NCBI RefSeq assembly: GCF_006345805.1
Contig: NC_043003.1
Span: forward strand, 101,742,001 to 101,806,000
DNA from: Octopus sinensis
Lineage: Eukaryota
Direction: 5' to 3'
Length of the DNA stretch: 64,000 nt
Shown in pieces: positions 48,764 through 62,945 of this stretch (position 1 is its first letter; the number at the start of each line of letters is the position of its first letter). The notes beneath the pieces were generated by a model that ran no database searches, had not been told where the DNA came from, and saw nothing but the letters and a program-made list of their open reading frames with translations. A program made the position numbers and the translations under genes.

Positions 48764-49740
48764 TCAGTGTACTCGTTGCCAACCCTCACCTTACTTACAG
48801 TGTCCCTGTACATGGCTTGCACAGCTCTCACTAACCATTCATCTATCCCTAGTTTCCTCATTGACCAACAGATAAGGGATTGGGGGACCCTGTCAAAGGC
48901 TTTCTCCATGTTAATGAAAGCCAGGTACAGGGGCTTATCTTTGGCTAGGTATTTCTCCTGCAGCTGTCTTACCAGAAATATAGTATCAGTGGTGCTTTTC
49001 CCTGGCACGAAACCAAACTGCATCTCATCTAAACTGACTCTCTCTCTAATTAGTTGGGCTATGACCCTCTCTGTGATCTTCATTACCTGATCGAACAGCT
49101 TGATACCTCTGTAATTATTTGTATCTAAAGCGTCACCGTTACCTTTGTAGCAGTTGACTATTATGCTGCAATACCAGTCATTGGGTATGACTCCTTCGTG
49201 TATCACCTGGTTAACTATACGGATGACCAGACTATAGCTGACACTGCCAGATATTTTGAGCATCTCTGCAGTAATTCCTGATGGGCCGGGGTCTTTCCTT
49301 GTCTTCATTCTTCTAATTGCTTTATCTACCAAGGTACTGCCGACTCGGATAGCTGGTCCCTCTGTTGGGTTGACATTCAGCAGACTCTCTTTCACCCATT
49401 CATTTTCTTTATTTAGCAACCTTTCATAGTGGTGTCTCCAAACCTCTCTCTTTGCATCCTCATTTAGTGCAAGAGAACCATCATCCATGCGGACACATTT
49501 CTCTCCTACCACATCCTGATTCTCTCTCACACACTGTCTTGCAACACGAAATACCTCAAGTCTTTGGTCCTCACGGCGCAGAACATTGGCAAATTTTTTC
49601 TTATCTGCTTCCCCATTGGCTAAATAAACCTGTCTCCTAGCTTCTCTTCTGGCAGTCTGATACGATTCCCTGCTACCACCATTCTTCCAGTCCTTCCAAG
49701 TCTGTCTCTTTTCTCTAATAGCCCTGTTTTTCCTGAGGGT
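48764..49740 (-). pseudogene. RTE internal fragment (RT N-terminal half), open frame within ORF 48562-49785
   Basis: KDPGPSGIT, NNYRGIKL, FGFVPGKSTTD, NMEKAFDRVP; both ends truncated. Confidence 0.88.
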
Positions 49741-50084
49741 GGAAGGATGGTCACCCCTCGAACTAGGAAGGGGTCTGCTTAGCATAATTTAACAAGACAG
49801 CAAATGTTGATAATAGTAAGATAGACTTGAAAAATCTGAGAGTTCTCCATCAGACAATCTAAGACAAAAATTTAGAGAATAAGTGCCTGTGTGATAAAGC
49901 TTTTAATAGATGAATGAGTCAATGAATATGTTGGGTTAAGGAAATGCATGAATTAAGGTTATCTTAAGGGAACAACAAGGAAGACGAGACTATTGAAAAC
50001 TACATTTACATGATGTCATGTTACTGGACTAGACAGCATAATGGAAGGAACTAATAATAGCAGAAGGGGATTTATGTGTGTGTG

Positions 50085-50690
50085 TCATCATCTAATGTCC
50101 ATTTTCCATGCTGTCATGGGTTCGATGGTTTGACAGGAGCTGGCAAGCTGGAGAGCTGCACCAAGCTTCAGTTTGATTTGGTATGGTTTCTATGACTGAA
50201 TGCCCTTCCTAACACCAACTATTTTACAGAGTGTGCTGGGTGTTTGTAATGTGTCACTGCATGAGCAGTTTTACATGGCACTAGCACACAACTCTTGCAG
50301 GCCAATCCGCTTCACCAGGGAGAGTGACATTAACACTTCTGCTGTGGATTATAGGTCTTCTTGGGTACAGTAAGGTCCTTTGTCAGCTTGTCTGCAAGGT
50401 TCAGCATCCTAAGGTCATCCTTCAGTACTTTGTCCCATATCTCCCTGGGTCTCCCTCTTTGACATGTCCCATCTAATTTGAGATCTCAGTACTTCTTTAT
50501 GGAGCTGTTGGCATCCATCTGCAATGCATGACCAAACCAGTCCAGTCTTCTCTCTTGCACACTGCATTTAATTCCTCTTATGCCTAATTTTTCTTTCAAT
50601 ACATTAGCACTCTGTCGAACATGTACACTTACATTACACACCCAGTGGAGCATACTAGCCTCTTTCCTTTCTAACCTCCACATGTCCTAT
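50085..50690 (-). mobile_element. Degenerate RTE 3' fragment
   Basis: Tail, 3' UTR and RRLERKEASML...ERRLDWFGH. Confidence 0.8.
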
Positions 50691-51089
50691 GCATTTTAGG
50701 AAAAGAGTGCAATAATGTTGTCTTTGTATGTGCTATAATTGTTTGATTTTGGAGTTGAAAGACACCAGATTAGTGAGATGCTATTGAAGTGTGTTTTTGG
50801 TAACAACTTGGAACAAAACTCCATCACATCATAAACAATAAAACAAAAAAAAAACAAAAACAAAAAACACAAAGAAACTTTGATAACATTCATATATTTT
50901 CTCAGAAAGATTTACTGCAGGTATAAAATAATGTTGAAGGAAATTAAAATAGAAAAACTATATTTTAGTGTACTAAGACAATGATATTCAATTAGGAACT
51001 ACACCAAATATTTCAAGGGACATGTGAAAAAAGTTGGGCATTCAGAGTCCACAGAAGTTTCCAAAGGAGCCACACACAAATTTAACTGC

Positions 51090-51465
51090 TAGATACTCCC
51101 TGTCTCACTATAACCTTTCATCATCTGACACAAGATCCCCTCCTCCAATGCTCCTCCCCTCTCAAAGGATCTTTGTCTTGCAAGTTACTTGGTGACCCTG
51201 CCAGTGCTGGTACCACTTAAAAAGCATCCAGTCGACACTGTAAAAAACATGCCAAACTGACCTCACCTATGCTTGTGCCATGTAAAAATCACTCAGACCA
51301 CTCTGCTGGGTGTTAGGTGTTAGGAAGGCATCTAGCCATAAAAACCCTGCCAAAACAGACACAGAAGTCTGGTGCAGGCTCCTGTCTGGCCAGCCCCTGT
51401 CAAACCATCCAACCCATGCTAGCACGGAAGGCGAACTTAAGACAGTGATGATGATGATGATTGCT
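51090..51465 (+). mobile_element. RTE 3' UTR (subfamily of 20400-20782)
   Basis: ATAACCTTTCATCATCTGACACAAGATC...CCATGCTAGCACGG...(GAT)n. Confidence 0.8.
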
Positions 51466-51987
51466 TTGTCATAATCCTCCTGTTTCTTTTTTTGTACTAA
51501 TTTTGACATCATATACATTACTATAATTTACTACTATACATTGGTGGTGGTGGTGACAGTGATAGCAACAGTGGTAGTGGTGGATCTCTGTTGTTCTACA
51601 ATGAGGGTTCACTTGTTTGATCACCTGAATTACCTGCCCCTGAATAAACATGTAAGTGACTGAGCGTTCCATAGATACAGGTATCCCCAATATTATTCTC
51701 AGGTAGAATCAGCATAATTCAGTGGGTGTGGCAATGCTTCACACCTTAAAATTACACTTATAATCTACCTGACTGGCTTCTATACAGGTACCGTCTGTCT
51801 AATGTCACTCATAGGGTCTGGGTTAACTAGAGGCTATGGAAAATGACATTTACCAAAGATGCCATGCAGTAGCACCAATCCCAAGACATCATTGTTGCAA
51901 AGAAAATTTCTTAATCATTTGGACATACTACGTTAGCTATGTATTATCCCAACTGAAACTAAAATACAAAACTATCACAGAGACATA

Positions 51988-52020
<33 letters not shown>

Positions 52021-52379
52021 ATGTGTGTGTGTATCATTATTCAGTTTTATTTCAAGATTTCTTGTCAATAGAAAAAGAGCTGGTTTCTAACCTAGATCCA
52101 ACACTCCTTCATTGGAATTTCAACATCAACAACAGAGTATTTTTGTATGTATGTATGCATGCATGCATGCATGTATGTATGCATGCATGCATGCCTGTGT
52201 CTATATATGTATGTATGTATGCATGCATGCATGCATGTATATATGTGTATGTGAAGATTTGTATGCTTTGCTTTATATTATGTCTTCTCAGGCATATACT
52301 TGCATGTGTAGACATGCTCATATATACATAAATGATATGAAACAGAAACATAGAGGTAAATGATAGCAACTCTCAAAGA

Positions 52380-53375
52380 ACAGGGGAGAAAATTTCCAGA
52401 ACCTTAAAATAATTTTGGAAAATAAATTTACATAATTCAAAACATTTCTCAATGGACACTATAAGAGCACCACTATTCATTTGATGGCTTCATCATTATC
52501 AACATTATCAATGATGATCCTGGAGAATCAAAGAATGTCAGACATCCAAATGGAGTATCAGAACTGTGATACATGAATATATTCAATGCAAGCCATATGG
52601 ACTGGGGAGAGGCCAATTGATGTCTGCAAAGACAAAAAAAACCTTGATCTGTGTCAAGTGGTTATTTAACTAAGTTAAAAACCCACATGAACATGGGATG
52701 CTTTGGCTCTTCTCTCATGAGAAAAATTTCAACCAAGGCTAAAAGTTTAATGGAAGAAATGAGAGACAGTTATGTGTTGATCCCTCTGATGTCCCCCAAA
52801 ATGATGCACACTAAGTTTACAGCAACTGTGATGGTTTTAGAATTGGTAGGTAATGAAGGTCTTATCATGCCAACTTACATCTTTCCACAGAATTTTAGAG
52901 TTAATGCTGCTGGATACAATGAGACACTGGAAACAGTTGTTAAGCCCTGGATGGATACAATACACAATGGAAGACCATACATGTTTCAACAAGATTCAGC
53001 ACCTTGTTACAATGCCCACATACCCAAGAATGGATGTCAGGCTATCTTTACGATCACGTAACACCAAACTTATGGTCTCTGAACTCACTAGATTGAAATC
53101 GCATGGATTATTACATTTGGAATGTTTTTGAAAGTGAAACCAGTTGACATCCTCACAGTACCATGGCAAAACTGTAGGCTTCTACTGTTAAGGTGATGTC
53201 TGAAATGAATAAGGACCCTTTAGTGTGGACATGTCAACAATTCTGGTCCTGCATTAAAGCAGTCATCAAAGCTGTAGGGGGATTCATTGAGTAATCTTGT
53301 AAGAAATCTTATCAAGAACATGTGCACAAATTTTTATTAAAATATATTTGGTTTTTCCTACTCTTGCATCCTCTG
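52380..53375 (+). mobile_element. Degenerate maT (DD37D-like) transposon
   Basis: Frameshifted WFFSDEKNF, HTKF.ATVMVL, FQQDSAP, and a degenerate W...S.D.N.MDY motif. Confidence 0.75.
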
Positions 53376-53659
53376 TGTGTGTGTGAGTGTGTAAGTGTGT
53401 GTGTGTGTATGTATATGCATATATGTGTATGTATGTGTGAGAGTGCGCGTATGTATGTATTTCCTTGTCTTGACATAGCTTGACAGTTGTAAATGAGTGT
53501 CTCTGTCATACAAGCAGTGTCATTCATTTATAATATTCTGCAAAAACATGACTGGCAATGGTGAAAAAATATTACCTTGCTTGGAAACAGACAAGGTCTG
53601 GCGACGGGAAGGACAGCCAGCCATTGAATATCTATGTCAAGAATCTCTGTGTATGCAAG

Positions 53660-54792
53660 CAATTCACTCTGTCAGAAATTTGGAAATGGCATGCTGTACT
53701 GCTTGGCATTCGCGCCAGAAGCTCCAATGCGAACATTTCAGTGTTTGGGTGTCGATCTGAGGACAGTACAGAGGATTTGAAAAGAGTTGGATGAGTCTAA
53801 TGGTGATTACAAAGGTACAGCAAGTTGGGAAACTCACTCTGATTGTTCTGATAAGAAAAGAACTGAATTTGTTGTGAGATCCAGGCCATGATTGACAACG
53901 ATCCCTCGAAGTCAATCAGGTCCATCGCCAGGGACATAGGAGTGTCTGAGTTTCTTATCATGAAGACATTCGGTATTCCTCATACAAGATGAGAAGAGGC
54001 CAATTTTTATCCCAAGCCATCAAGGACAAGAGGAAAGACTGCACTATGAAGCTTTTGAACAAACTTAAGTATCCCCTTCAACTGAACATGCTTTGGTTTT
54101 TCTCAGACAAGAAAAATTTCTGCCAGGATCAGATGGTGAACACACAGAGCAACTGTTGGCTTGTTGTGTCTCCAAAACATGCACTGAGAGTGATAAAAAT
54201 CAAATATCCAGTCAACATCATGGCGTTTGGAGTGATCACCTGTGATGGCAATATTATGCCTCCATTCATCTTCCCACATGGCCTCACGCTCAACACAAAG
54301 GCCTGGAAGAGGTAGTGCTGCCCTGGCTCAAGAGGGTGGCTGCTGGAAGATCCTACATCTGGCAACGTGACTCTTCACCATACCACACAAATAAGAGAAC
54401 CTAGTCATGGCTGTCAGACAATTTCTGCGACCACACCACCACCCCTAACATCTGGTCATATAACTCTTACTGCGACTTCCTTGATTATTGTGTGGGGCAA
54501 AGTTGAGTGAGTGACCAACATAACTCTCTGTAACACCAAAGACGAACTGAAGGCAAGGATTATGGCAGCATTCACCAACTTAAACAAGGAGACCATCCAG
54601 AAGAGTTGCAGGAGATTCTGAAGTCGTCTGGAGGCCGTGGTTGAAGCCAATGGTGATTTTATTGAATAAATTTACTTTTTAGTATTTCAAAATATTTTTA
54701 TGTAATTTTGGTAAATATATCTGTTAAAATGAGATGTGAGTGTTATTTTCATTTCTGCATAATTTAGATGACAAATTATTCACTGCACCCTG
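53660..54792 (+). mobile_element. Degenerate maT (DD37D-like) transposon with right TIR
   Basis: DNDPSKSIRSIARD, WFFSDKKNF, WQRDS, LDYCVWG, RLEAVVEANGDFIE*; right end ...TTCACTGCACCCTG followed by TA. Confidence 0.8.
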
Positions 54793-55475
54793 TATATGTA
54801 TGTATATCATCAAAATATTTATTTGTGTAGGTGGAAAGATAGCTAAGTATATAATGCTCAGAAATGGATGTATGTTGACGTCAACACATATATGTGTCTA
54901 GAACATACCAACAACTGAAAATTTTCATTAGTAACATAGATAAGAATAACAGGAACCCACTTCCCACAATCGTATACCAGTACATGATTCATAACCTACA
55001 ATACAACGACAACAGCAATACTGTTCACAAGAACTGTAGTTTATAAAATTTCATCTACTCTCACAGAATATTCCTCAAACACAAAGGTAAACATGAGCAA
55101 CACAAAGAAGAGATATGAAAAACTTGGAAATCACTGATTAATCATTAATGTAGTGAATATATATTTTTATCACTTAGTGCAAGACCCTTTAGTAATTGGA
55201 TTTTTTTATTTACATTTCAAAAGGTGATTTTTTTTTATATATGTACTAGCAGAGATACCTGGCACTGCTCAAGATTAAAATGTTATAGTTTTTTAATGTT
55301 TTTCTTGCTTCGGTCATGTGATTGCAGACATGCTGGAGTTAAAGACATGCCTTTAGTTAAAGAAATCAACACCAAGATTTATTTTTTGTAAGCCTATTCT
55401 ATCAGAGTGCTTTGACAAATGGCTATGTTACAGGGATGTAAACACAACATTGGTTCTCAAGCGATGGTGAGGGTA

Positions 55476-55572
<97 letters not shown>

Positions 55573-55650
55573 GTGAAAAGGAACACACGAGTTGATATAT
55601 ATGAAAAAAACAAGTCAAAATAGAAAATGCTAAAATAATTTTATAAAGAA

Positions 55651-55698
55651 CATTTCAGTACCGGTTTCGGTCATTTTGAGACCTTTTCAACTGTAACG
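55651..55698 (-). ncRNA. Minimal hammerhead ribozyme with U3-A8 core variant
   Basis: Minus: CAG-UUGAAAA-GGUC(ucaaaau)GACC-GAAA-CCG-GUA|CUG; palindromic stem III ACCGGU; stem I extends CGUU(A)CAG/CUG(A)AAUG. Confidence 0.65.
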
Positions 55699-55999
55699 AT
55701 TAAATAATTAAATTTAGAAAAATTAGAAGAAAAGTTTTTTTAAAGGAATATTTGTATAGTTTTTAAATTTTAGTGGCATTCTGCCTTTCTCTGACTCCCT
55801 TGTTTGCACTTGTGTGTTCGAGGTCGTTGTGAATTCTTGGTAGGGTAGAAGGAGAAGAGGGATGATGAGGAGAAGGGGTGGAGAAATTTGGGAGTGCCTT
55901 GATTGTCGTATTTTGAATGGTCAGTTGCAGTTCAATTCAGGAGAATATTTCTATTGAACGGTTTGTTTATGGAATTTGCGTAGGCGTTATACTAGAGAG

Positions 56000-56190
56000 C
56001 ATTAGTGATAAAGTTAAGAGGTAGAAGGTGGAGAAAAAGAAGAAGAAGAAGATGACGATGTTGATGATAATGAAGAAGGAGAAGGAGAAGAAGAAGATGA
56101 TGATGATGATGGTGATGATGATGACGACGATGATGATGATAATGATGATGATGAAGAAGAAGAGGAAGAAGAAGAAGAAAACAGAGAAGG
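56000..56190. repeat. (GAA)n/(GAT)n microsatellite
   Basis: Direct reading; source of the poly-K/M and poly-H/L ORFs. Confidence 0.95.
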
Positions 56191-58143
56191 GAGAATATGA
56201 ATGGGTGAAAGTAGTGAGGTGTTGTATGACTTGAAGTTGGCATGTTATGGATTATAGCTGTGATTGGGGCTGATTAGTAATGGATTCTTTGGAATGTAAT
56301 ATTTGTGTGTGTATATTTCTTTTATTCTAAAGTTGAGGTATATTAATTGTTTGTCGTAGACCCGTTAAGAAGTGGCCTGTATTTTGTAATAAAGAGAGTT
56401 TCTTTACTTATTCGTTGTCTCGAGGTTGTATCGTCAAAACCGTCCAAGGGTGGTCGTGCACATCTTTACATTTCCCCAGTGACTTTTTTGTGAATTTTCT
56501 ATCCAAGACCGAATCAAATTGCCCAGAACTTGATACGCCAATTGAATGCCAGCTAGCTGTATGTGATTGGTCGGAGATTTGGACAGTACTCGCGTGTATA
56601 TGCGCACGCACGCAGCTGTATATGCCTATCATATATGTATAAATATCTATGTGTATGTGTGTCTTTCTGTTTGTGTTTGTCCTCCTCCTCCTCCACCACC
56701 ACTTGATAACTGCTGTTGGTGTGTTTACGCCACTGTAACTTAGCATTTTGGCAAAAGAGACTAATAAAATAAGTACTAGAATTTGCGTATGTATGTATTG
56801 AGGTATGTATGTGTGTATGTATTTATCCATCTGTCTGTTTGTCTATCTCACAGTCTATTTTCCTGTCTATGCATGTATGTATGTGTGCAATTAAACTGGT
56901 GCTCCCACTTGAATATTAATGCTACTCTTTGTGAGAAGGGTGTCTGGACACGCAGCAGGACTAAAAACAAGGCCTGTTGAAAGACAAATGAGTTTCTTGT
57001 GGGCCAACAATCATCCAGTTGGCAAAGGCAATGGTACACCATCTCAATATCTCTGTCAAGAAAACACGAGATAGTCAGAATGAAGTAATGCTATGACTTC
57101 ATCTGATGGGGAAAATGCACTTAATCAGGGAGACTTTTGTTGTAGTGTCATTAACACACTGTACAAGCATATGATTGTTGATGATGATACACACCCACAC
57201 ACACATATATGTACACACACACATATATATGCACACACATATATATACACACACATACATATGTGCGCACACACACACACACACACATGTATATATGTAT
57301 ACTATCAGAAATGTACAGTATTATATATCTATCATGGCTGGTCTTACCAATACAATGGAATGTTAGGTAACAATCTAATTATATAACCTTATGATCATCA
57401 GTGTTAGCTGATATGTAAGGGAATATGGCAACAGCTTTCAATTGTCTGAGATGAATTGACACATCCGGTTTGAAGTTGCTGTGAACTAAAACAAGGTGGA
57501 CACCCATTAAATACACTTTCTCCCACCACCCCAACATATACCCCTTCACACACATTGTACTCCCATATATATAAGCCCCCCACACACACACATTGTACAC
57601 TGCACTCTAGCATAAAAAAACCCACATGACTTTAACCTACACAGAAAGAAAACAGATTTACCAACACATTTATATATTGCTACTCCCCTGGAGAAAATTA
57701 TACATGTGACACCACTACACATATTACATACCCCATCCGTACAGGAGCGCAACTCTAAATAATGCATACATTTCCCACAAACACTTCAAGATAACTCTTA
57801 CTGGCTTTACAGGGAATCCAACCAAGGGACAGAACTCCTAACCTATCCCCTGCTCTTTTTTTTTTCACCATTCAGCAACCACAAAAGGATGTGTCAATTC
57901 ACTTCTGACAATAGAGAGCAGTCACCATATTCCCTTCCATATCGGCTAACTCTGATGAGTGTAAAGTTATATAATCGAATTTTTACCTAACACTCCATTG
58001 TATTCCTAGTGCAAAACCGATTGGTATGTTCAGCCGTGATGGATATATAACATTGTACATTTTGGATAATATACCCACTCTATTGACAGACATACAAGTG
58101 CATCTTTTCCATGACTTATGGACTCTTAAATGATTCACATATA

Positions 58144-58490
58144 CCAGGTCATCCCATAAGTTCTGTCTGATTTTACCTTTTTTAAAATTGAATGAAATTT
58201 AATAGTATTTTAAAATGTCTAATGGAATTAAAAATTATTTTTATGCATTTGTGTACATTTAAACTAATTAAATATTATTTTACAGAATAACAGAATTAAA
58301 ATTTCTTTGATTAAAGCCCTTTCTAACATGGATGTATCCAAAGAGAATTTAAGGAGTACAAAAAAGGAAACTCTACAGCCCAAGCAACTCGAAACATACA
58401 CTCAGTTTATGGGAAAGAATGCTTGAATGAAAGAACTTGTATCTATTGACGATGAAATCACAGTTATTATTACTGCACAAATCATTAATT
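58144..58490 (+). mobile_element. Deleted mariner-like element
   Basis: TA-CCAGGTCATCCCATAAG left end; N-terminal remnant MDVSKENLR..EYKKGNSTAQATRNIHSVYGKECLNERTC. Confidence 0.55.
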
Positions 58491-58511
58491 TGTCTTTGTC
58501 AGTTTGATTAT

Positions 58512-59845
58512 TCTGGGTAGAAGTAGGGGTTCACCAAGGATCAGTCCTCAATCCCCTTTTGTTCATCATAGTCTATCAGGCAATATCATAGCAATTCAAG
58601 ACAGGCTGCCTCTGAGATCTCCGCTATGCTGATGACCTTGCCCTAATAGCTGAATCACTATCAGAACTAGAGAAGAAGTTTCAGGTGTGGAAGCAAGGTC
58701 TATAATCAAAGGGCCTTAGAGTTAACCGAGCAAAAACCAAAGTCTTAGTAAGTAAGAAGGCTGACTAGTCACAAATCATTTCAGGTAGATGGCCCTGCTC
58801 GATCTGTAGAAAAGGTGTAGGTAGAAACTCTATACTCGGTGTAAGCTATGGATACATAAGAGGTGCAGCAATATCAAAGGAAGGTTAACTGGGAAGATAG
58901 TTCTCGTGTGTGGGAGATGCACAGGGGCAAACACTGAATATGTGCAGAAAACAGCTTCCATCACATGCCAGGGGCAAAAACTAGTAGTTGATAGCTTCCA
59001 TTACCTAGGTGGCCAAGAATTCTAGCTGCTAGAATAAGAATAGGCTGGGCAAAGTACAGAAAGCTCCTACCTCTGCTGGTAACAAAGAATCTCTCGTTCA
59101 GAGTGAAAGGTAGGCTGTATGATGCTTGTGTGCAAACAGCCATGCTATATGGCAGTGAAACATGGGCTGTGACTGCTGAGGACATGCATAAGCTTGAAAG
59201 AAACGAAGCTAGTATGCTCTGTTGCCTGTGCAATGTCAATGTGCATGCATGAAAGAGTGTAAGCACCCTAAGAGGAAAGCATCAGATGTGGTGTGCAAGA
59301 GAGACGACTGTGCTGGTATGGGCATGGGATATGTTTGGATGAGGACAGCTGTGTGAAGAAGTGTCATGCCCTAACAGTGGAGGGAACCTGTGGAAGAGGT
59401 AGACCGAGGAATGAGGTGGTGAAGCATGACCTTCGAATGTTGGGCCTCTTAGAGGCAATGACAAGTGACCAACCTTTGGAGATATGCCATGTTTGAGAAG
59501 TCAAGTGAGATTGTATTTGTGGCCAATGCCAGTGTTGCATAACTGACCCATTTAAAAGCACTCTTCAATTGTCAGGCAATATGCTGTGCTTGTGAAGACC
59601 TGCTGGACCAAGTAAAATCATAATCATGGCTGATGCCAATGCCACCTGACTGGCTCCTGTGCTGGTAGTATGTAAAAATCACCCACTACATTCTTGGAGT
59701 GGTTGGCATTAGGAAGGGCATCCAGTTGTAGAAACCTTTTCAAATCAGATCGGAGCCTGGTGTAGCCTCCAAGCTTGCCAGTCCCCAGTCAAACCATCCA
59801 ACCCATGCCAGCATGGAAAGCAGATGTTAAATGACAATGATGATG

Positions 59846-59847
<2 letters not shown>
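58512..59847 (+). mobile_element. RTE LINE, 5'-truncated, degenerate
   Basis: GVHQGSVL, YADDL, PHD remnant, YGSETW, ERRLCWYGH, 3' UTR and (GAT)n tail. Confidence 0.88.
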
Positions 59848-59881
<34 letters not shown>

Positions 59882-60974
59882 GAGAGAGAGAATGAGAGAG
59901 AAGAGGAATGTCTTTTTAGCATTTAAATATGTTAAATTTTCTTCATTTTTTGTTCCTTTTTGTTTTTATACATTTCGACCACCACCTTTGTGATCCTGTT
60001 GTGAATCCTGTTGTATATGCCCTTCCCACTATGCATTTCCCATACCTCATCCACTCATTTTTCCTTTCTTCCTTCTAGACTATCGTTATCTAACCTATCT
60101 TAGATTACTTTAATACTTGAACTCTAGCCTGATATTCATGAGAAAGTAGCTATTAATAACTGGCCAATTAGAATAATACATTTTAATACAAATAAATTGC
60201 TATTTTCTGTATCAATTATTGATCATGCCAGCCAGACAACCTGCAATCACACACACCTGGCTACAGGTATATACTTACACTCATACATAACATACATTAA
60301 TGCTATTCACTTCCTCCACCACTCACACAATTAAACAGTCTCACACACACAAACTCACAAATCTAAAAATCAAAAGCAATCAAACCGTTTAACACTACCT
60401 CACCACATCCTCCTCCTTTTCACTAACAAGGCAACCCAGAATGCAAAACCTGAGATGTTATCTCCAATTTTAACTGCCACGTTTAGCTTGAAGATTTCCT
60501 TTTGCTCAGGTGTAAACAATTGGTAACCATGAGACATTGAGACACTTGCAGTTGCTACAATTTAGTTTTCTGTGCAAGTCACCTGTTTGGAGTTCTCTGT
60601 GTCTCAGGAATAACACTCCTAAGTTCATCATACCCACCATCGTTGTCATTGTTGTTGTTGTTGCCATTGCTGTCACCGTCATCATTGTCATAACGTTCAC
60701 TTTTCTATGCTTGCATGGGTCAGATGGAATTCATTGAGGCAGATTTTTCAGTAGTTGGATGTTTTGACTGTGTTGTGTTTCTTTAGTGAAAGTTACCTCC
60801 ATATGAAATCATGTGTAGTTGGTTGCATGGGTGTACTTGTTCTCTATTTATTATGATTACCAGTATGTATGTATGTATGTATGTATATGTGTGTGTATGT
60901 GCATGCATGTGTGCACACATGTGCATGTTTGATACATATTATTAAACACACACACATATACATTCTTTGTGCTA

Positions 60975-61105
60975 CAGCCACAAGGCCTGACATTCTGAGT
61001 GAAGGGTGCTAGTTGATTATGTTGGGTCCAATACTCAACTGGTACTTATTTTATCAACCCAAAATAGGATAAAAGTAAAGCTGACTCTGGTGGAATTTGA
61101 ACTTG
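60975..61105 (-). mobile_element. Nin-like SINE fragment
   Basis: ACAAGGCC...ACTCAACTGGTACTTATTTTATCAACCC...GGAATTTGAACT. Confidence 0.65.
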
Positions 61106-61938
61106 TCACATATACATTGATCTAATATGTTTAGAAAGAAATCATAAATTTTTATTCCATTGAAAACTTTATAACAGAAATGACATCTTGAAAGTATTTC
61201 AACTCTAACATAAACAGATTGTGCATTGCTTATATGAAACATATAAAGGGTATAGTAATAATAATTGTGCTAAGCAGTGTTGAGAGGTTAATAATCTTTA
61301 AGTTAATTCAAATAGTCTTGTGACATATTTTAACTTTTGAAGGCAAAATCACTGAATTTTACCATGGAGAACAAAATTCTTACTTATGGCAAGGGGGTAT
61401 GAAAACAGCTTATTTGCTCAGTATTTACCCCTATTGGACTCACACACATTTCTGGCTCTTTAACCCTCCTCAGTAGCTGATATTGAAGAGAGATAACCCT
61501 GGGCAGATAGAAGCCATAGCTTTATAATGGAACAATCAATATCAGCAACTGAAATTACAAATTTGACTTTATTAAAATATATAAAAGTATAAATGAGTGG
61601 AATAGTTGTTGAATCTGTATGCGAACAACAACCTCTAGTACAAGTCAGAAAGGACCATGACATCGATAAGACATCGGACATTCACCCAATTTACAAGTAT
61701 CTTTTTATCTTTTACTCGTTTCAGTCATTGGACTGTAGCCATGCTGGGGCACTACCTTGAAGCATTTTATTCAAATGACTTGACCACAATACTTCTTTTT
61801 AAGTCTTGTATTTATTGTATCAGTCTCTTTTCCCAAACCAATAAGTTATAGGCACATAAACAAACTAACACTGGTTGTCAAGTGACACCTACCCAACCAA
61901 AACACACCTCTGTGTGTTTATGTGTATATATATATATA

Positions 61939-62065
61939 CAGGGTGTCCACAAAATCTGGGTACATGGAGTAAATAAAATCATAACATAAACAATTAAATA
62001 TAAGAAATAATAATTTCTTAAAGTATGTGTTAATCCCCATGTACCCAGACTTTGTGGAAACCCTG
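61939..62065. mobile_element. 127-bp Tc1/mariner-type MITE
   Basis: 29-bp TIRs CAGGGT(G/T)TCCACAAA(A/G)TCTGGGTACATGG; TA flanks. Confidence 0.9.
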
Positions 62066-62089
62066 TATATATATATATATATATTTATA

Positions 62090-62250
62090 TGATACATGCC
62101 TGATGGCTTCTACACTGTTTCCACCTATCAAATTTACTCACAAGTCTATAGTAGAAGACACTTGCCAAAGGTGCTGCACTGTGGAATTGAACATGAGACC
62201 ATATCGTTGCAAAGCGAGTTTCTTAAACCACACAGCCATAATCTTTACAT
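62090..62250 (-). mobile_element. tRNA-derived SINE head fragment
   Basis: Homologous to 4080-4235. Confidence 0.6.
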
Positions 62251-62476
62251 AAGTGGCTACTGACATTAATCAAACTGAGTTAATTAGTGTTTTATGTCAT
62301 ATTTTGTAGGTATGAAACAGCTTGGAATTTTGTAGATCTTTGGGAATTCTATGTTTCATCACCATTGTTGTCATCATCACCACCACCACTAAAGGAACCT
62401 ATAATTACCAAGACTAATTAAATTGACTTGGCATAACTGCAGATCTGTTACCAGCCCCCACCCTCCACAAAGTCTG

Positions 62477-62945
62477 TTTCCTAATAACTTTCTAGAAAAT
62501 GCAAATGTTTTAATGAAATTTTCCTGAGATATATTTTTGATGGTATAAGTTTAGGGTTTTTCAATAATTGTTGTGTAAAATTTCTTTGAAGGACTAGAAG
62601 AATTTCAGATAATAATCTCACACCTAGATTTGTTACTTCATAATGTTCTGAAAACTGGATATTTTTAATGAAATTTCCTACAAATATGTTTCATGATAGT
62701 TTCATAAGATGTAGATAATGATATAATCAGATAATGTCAGAATCTGATGTGAAAAAAAATTGGGGATGAGGTTGGATGGTCACGTTTTTGGACTTTGTTT
62801 TCTAATACACTTTTATGAGGATGTCCTGCCTCATTTTTTATTTTTTTATATCAAATTCCTTTGTAATAGTAATTTACACCATCTGAAATGTATTTGTTGA
62901 AAATTTCATTAGAAAACATTCATTTTCTGAAAGTTTTGAGGTAAA
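62477..62945. mobile_element. Degenerate fold-back element (family of 38305-38635)
   Basis: Outer ~75-bp arms are inverted (AACTTTCTAGAAAATGC...GATGGTAT versus ACACCATCTG...TTTCTGAAAGTT). Confidence 0.55.

Larger units (their letters stand above)
55570..56600 (-). mobile_element. Penelope-like 3' remnant(s) with pLTR-like segment
   Basis: Minus-strand RQRIVKETLFITKYRPLLN (~56380) and KYSPELN (~55930), resembling PLE GIY-YIG C-termini; hammerhead downstream. Confidence 0.5.

Noticed and set aside
57950-57990. CTGATGAG hammerhead-like core
   Set aside because: No stem II or GAAA in register; part of a repeat also seen at about 20870-20990.
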